Shown one piece after another: positions 61,266 to 64,000 of a DNA stretch of 64,000 nt. The notes beneath the pieces are model-generated. The model worked only from the letters and a program-made list of their open reading frames with translations. It made no database searches and was not told where the DNA came from. Source of the DNA: Mobula hypostoma. Taxonomy: Eukaryota. The stretch spans positions 95,606,001-95,670,000 of the forward strand of contig NC_086108.1 in the NCBI RefSeq assembly GCF_963921235.1. Reading direction: 5' to 3'. The translations under genes and the position numbers were made by a program. Numbering within the stretch: position 1 is the first letter of the stretch; each line of letters opens with the position of its first letter.

Positions 61266-63600
61266 TATAAGCCCTTTCCTTGGCTTTTATGCAGTCCTTA
61301 ACTTCCTTGCCAGCCACAGTTGCCTACCCCTGCCATTTGAGAACAACTTCTACAGTGGGGCATATCTATCCTGCGCCTTGTGAACTATTCCCAGAAATTT
61401 CAGCCATCTCTGCTCTGGCCGCCATCCCCACCAGTATCCTCTGCAAATCTACTTGGGCAAGCTCCTCTCTCTTGCCTCTATCATCCCCTTTATTCCATTG
61501 CGATACTGATACATATGACTTGTGCTTCTTCTCAAATGGCAGTAGGAATTCAATCATATTATGATCACTGTTTCCCAAGGGCTCCTTTACATTAAGCTCC
61601 CTAATAAGGTCTGGGTTATTACACAACACCCAGTCTAAGATGGCCTTTCCCTGAGTAGGTTCAAGCACAAGCTGCCCTAAAAAGCCATCTCATAGGCATT
61701 CAACAAATTCCCCCTCTTGCAATCTGACACAACCTGATTTTCCCAATCCCCTTGCATATTGAAGTCCCCCATTACAATTGTGACGTTACCCTTATTACAT
61801 GGTTTTTCTAGCCCCATTTGCAATCTCAGCCCCACATCTTGGCTACTATTTGGAGGCCAACATATGATTCCCATAATGGTTTTTTTTTACCCTTGCAGTT
61901 TTTTAACTCCACCCACAAAGATTTAACATTGTCTGACCCTATGTCACCTCTTTCTAAAGATGTAATTTCATCTCTTACCCACGGAGCTACACCACCGCCT
62001 GTGCCTTCCTGCCTGTCCTTTTGATACAAAGTATATCCTTTGATATTAAGCGTCCAACTATGGCCTCCTTTCAGCCACGACTCAGTGACGCCCACAATGT
62101 CATACTGACCAGTCTCTAATTACGCCACGAGTTCGTTCACCTTATTCCGAATGCTACACACACTTAAATACAGCACCTTCATCCCTGCATTCTTCGCCCT
62201 TTTGAATTTTGTCTGTCTGGTACAATTTAACTTTTTACTCTGTCTGCATTTGTACCCAGACATCGGTTTGTTCTTCCTTATATTCACGTTACGCTCATCA
62301 GCTACTTGTAAACCTGCAGGCTCATCCTGAGCTCTATCATACTGGTTCCCATCCCCCTGCCTTATTAGTTTAAACCACTCCCAACAGCTCTAGTAAACCT
62401 GCCCCCCTTGGATTCAACTGTAACCTGTCTCTTTTGTACAGGTCACACCTGCCACTGGAAGAGGTCCCAATTATCCAGAAATTTGAATCACTGCCCCTGC
62501 TCCAATTCTTCAGCCACGCATTTATCTGTCACCTCATTCTATTTGTATTTTCACAGTCATGTGGCACAGGCAGTAATCCTGAGATTACTACCCTTGAGGT
62601 CCTGCTTTTCAACTTCCTTCCTAACTCCCTTTATTGTGTTTTCAGGACCACCTCCTTTTTTCTACCTATGTCGTTGGTACCAATATGTACCACAACTTCT
62701 GTCTGGCTGCTCACCCTCTCTTTTCAGGATATTGTGGACATGTTCAGTAACATCTCAGACTCTGGTGCCTGGAGGCAAACTACCATCTGTGTTTCTTTCT
62801 TGCGTCCACAAAATCACCTATCTGTCTCCTAACTATAGAGTCACCTATCACTGCTGCCATCCTTTTTAGTTCCCTATGCTTCTGAGCCACAACGCCAGAC
62901 TCGATGCCAGAGGCACGGTTGCTGTTGCTTCCCCCAGGTAAGTTGTCTCCACCAACAGTACTCAAAATTGAATACTTAGTGGTGAGGGGGACAGCCACCA
63001 GGGTGCTCTCCACTATCTGATGTTCTCCCTTCCCTCTTCTGACAGTCACCCATTTTCTGACTCCTGTAGCCTTGGGGTGACTACCTGTTTGTTGCTCCTG
63101 TCTATCGCTGCTTCACTTTTCCTAACAAGCCGAAGGTCATCGAGCTGCAGCTCCAGTTCTTTAACATGGTCTTTAAGGAGCTGCATCTTGATGCACATGG
63201 TGAAGATGTGGCCACTGGGGAGGCTGGTAGTCTCCTGGAAATACCACATCTGACACCTAGAACAGAACACTGGCCCTGTAGACGTACACTCTGTTCTCTC
63301 AAGAGTTAGATATGAAAGAAATAAGGAATGAACTTGCCTACTTACCTTGCCTCTGCCTGTTCTCGCCAAAGCCCTGTTGAGCCAAAACCTCACTATTTGG
63401 ACTCAGACCACTTCGCTAGACAGTACACCTATGGTGACTGGGTTTTTAAAAGCTCTTTGCTGAACTTGTGCGGGAACGCTTTTCCTGCGTCTGCGCGGTA
63501 CTCCAATCAAAAACTCCTGCTGAGAAAACTTCCTGCTTTTTAAGTTCGTCATTGGACTTACGGACTTGTGTGGGAATGCTTCTGCATCTGGGTAGTATTC
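61266..63600 (-). mobile_element. CR1 LINE 5' half: ORF1 (Cys-rich finger, leucine zipper, SGNH esterase) and ORF2 endonuclease; a 3' piece lies at ~60665-60805
   Basis: CSRCQMW...CIKMQLLKDHVKELELQLDDLRLVR; AVIGDSIVR; GVTESWL; VMGDFNM; LGNSDHNMIEF. Confidence 0.88.
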
Positions 63601-63611
63601 CAGTCAACGAC

Positions 63612-63962
63612 TTTTTTTTAAAAAAAACATTTTTACTTTGATAAGTTTTATTTTGACTTTGACACATTCCTTAAGTTACCTTGCATAGAAACACTATAGG
63701 TAATTCACCTTTGAAAATTCTGAGCTCCGTTGGTTTATAGTCTGGCTGATCTTTGTAGGAGCGACAGCAGGGCCGACATGTTATTGGCTTCACTGAGCTA
63801 GTGTCCATCATCGATCACAAGTGACGTACCAGTCACATACGACACTGTTGAGCTCACAAGGTACAACACTACATGGGCTATTTCTATCTTGGTCCCCACT
63901 GTCTGGAGTGAAAACAGTTTGTGGTGATATGCTGTCAACTGTGCCAAACCACCCAATTTTCG
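63612..63962 (-). pseudogene. DECR2: 5'-truncated processed pseudogene of peroxisomal 2,4-dienoyl-CoA reductase (DECR2-like SDR)
   Basis: RKLGG...SLQTVGTKIEIAHVVLYLVSSTVSYVTGTSLVIDDGH*LSEANNMSALLSLLQRSARL* aligns to the human DECR2 C-terminus (RRLGG...[39 protein letters not shown]...SAKL). Premature TAG at 63798-63800, terminal TAA at 63735-63737, AATAAA at 63647-63652, A8 at 63612-63619. Confidence 0.85.
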
Positions 63963-64000
63963 ATGCTGTGGCATGACCTGAAGAGGATTGTTCATGCAAG

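Noticed and set aside
1..64000. Prokaryotic systems (CRISPR arrays, retrons, operons)
   Set aside because: There are no repeat-spacer arrays or operon structure. The RT domains are eukaryotic retroelement types and the host genes are spliced.
63963..64000. N-terminal part of ORF 63798-63995 (MNNPLQVMPQH) as DECR2 sequence
   Set aside because: It does not resemble the expected upstream residues (PGPISGTEG), so it is treated as flank beyond the 5' truncation point.

Overview
Vertebrate genomic DNA, most likely a cartilaginous fish (probably a ray; inferred from the CR1, Rex1, Penelope and tRNA-SINE repeat mix). It holds the head-to-head gene pair RPAP2 (minus strand; first two coding exons at 14035-14147 and 6340-6454, the rest presumably left of the window) and GLMN/glomulin (plus strand; probable non-coding exon 1 near 19.4 kb and 14 coding exons from 29684 to 60377, all frame-consistent with GT-AG sites, the last exons right of the window). 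The introns are packed with nested, mostly decayed transposons: CR1, Rex1, RTE, Penelope, two Gypsy-type LTR elements, Tigger, mariner, Tc1, hAT and SINEs. Most notable: (1) an intact minimal hammerhead ribozyme core forming the loop of a ~65-bp inverted repeat in GLMN intron 12, with decayed copies elsewhere; (2) a DECR2-like processed pseudogene with a nonsense codon, a PTS1 C-terminus (SARL) and a poly(A) remnant in GLMN intron 15; (3) a GC-AG first intron in RPAP2; (4) two CpG-island promoters ~5 kb apart where mammals have one compact bidirectional promoter; (5) an LTR element whose pol ends at RNase H, suggesting Gmr1-type domain order. Comparisons to human proteins and exon sizes are from memory, not from a database search. 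Repeat boundaries are approximate unless TIRs or TSDs are quoted.
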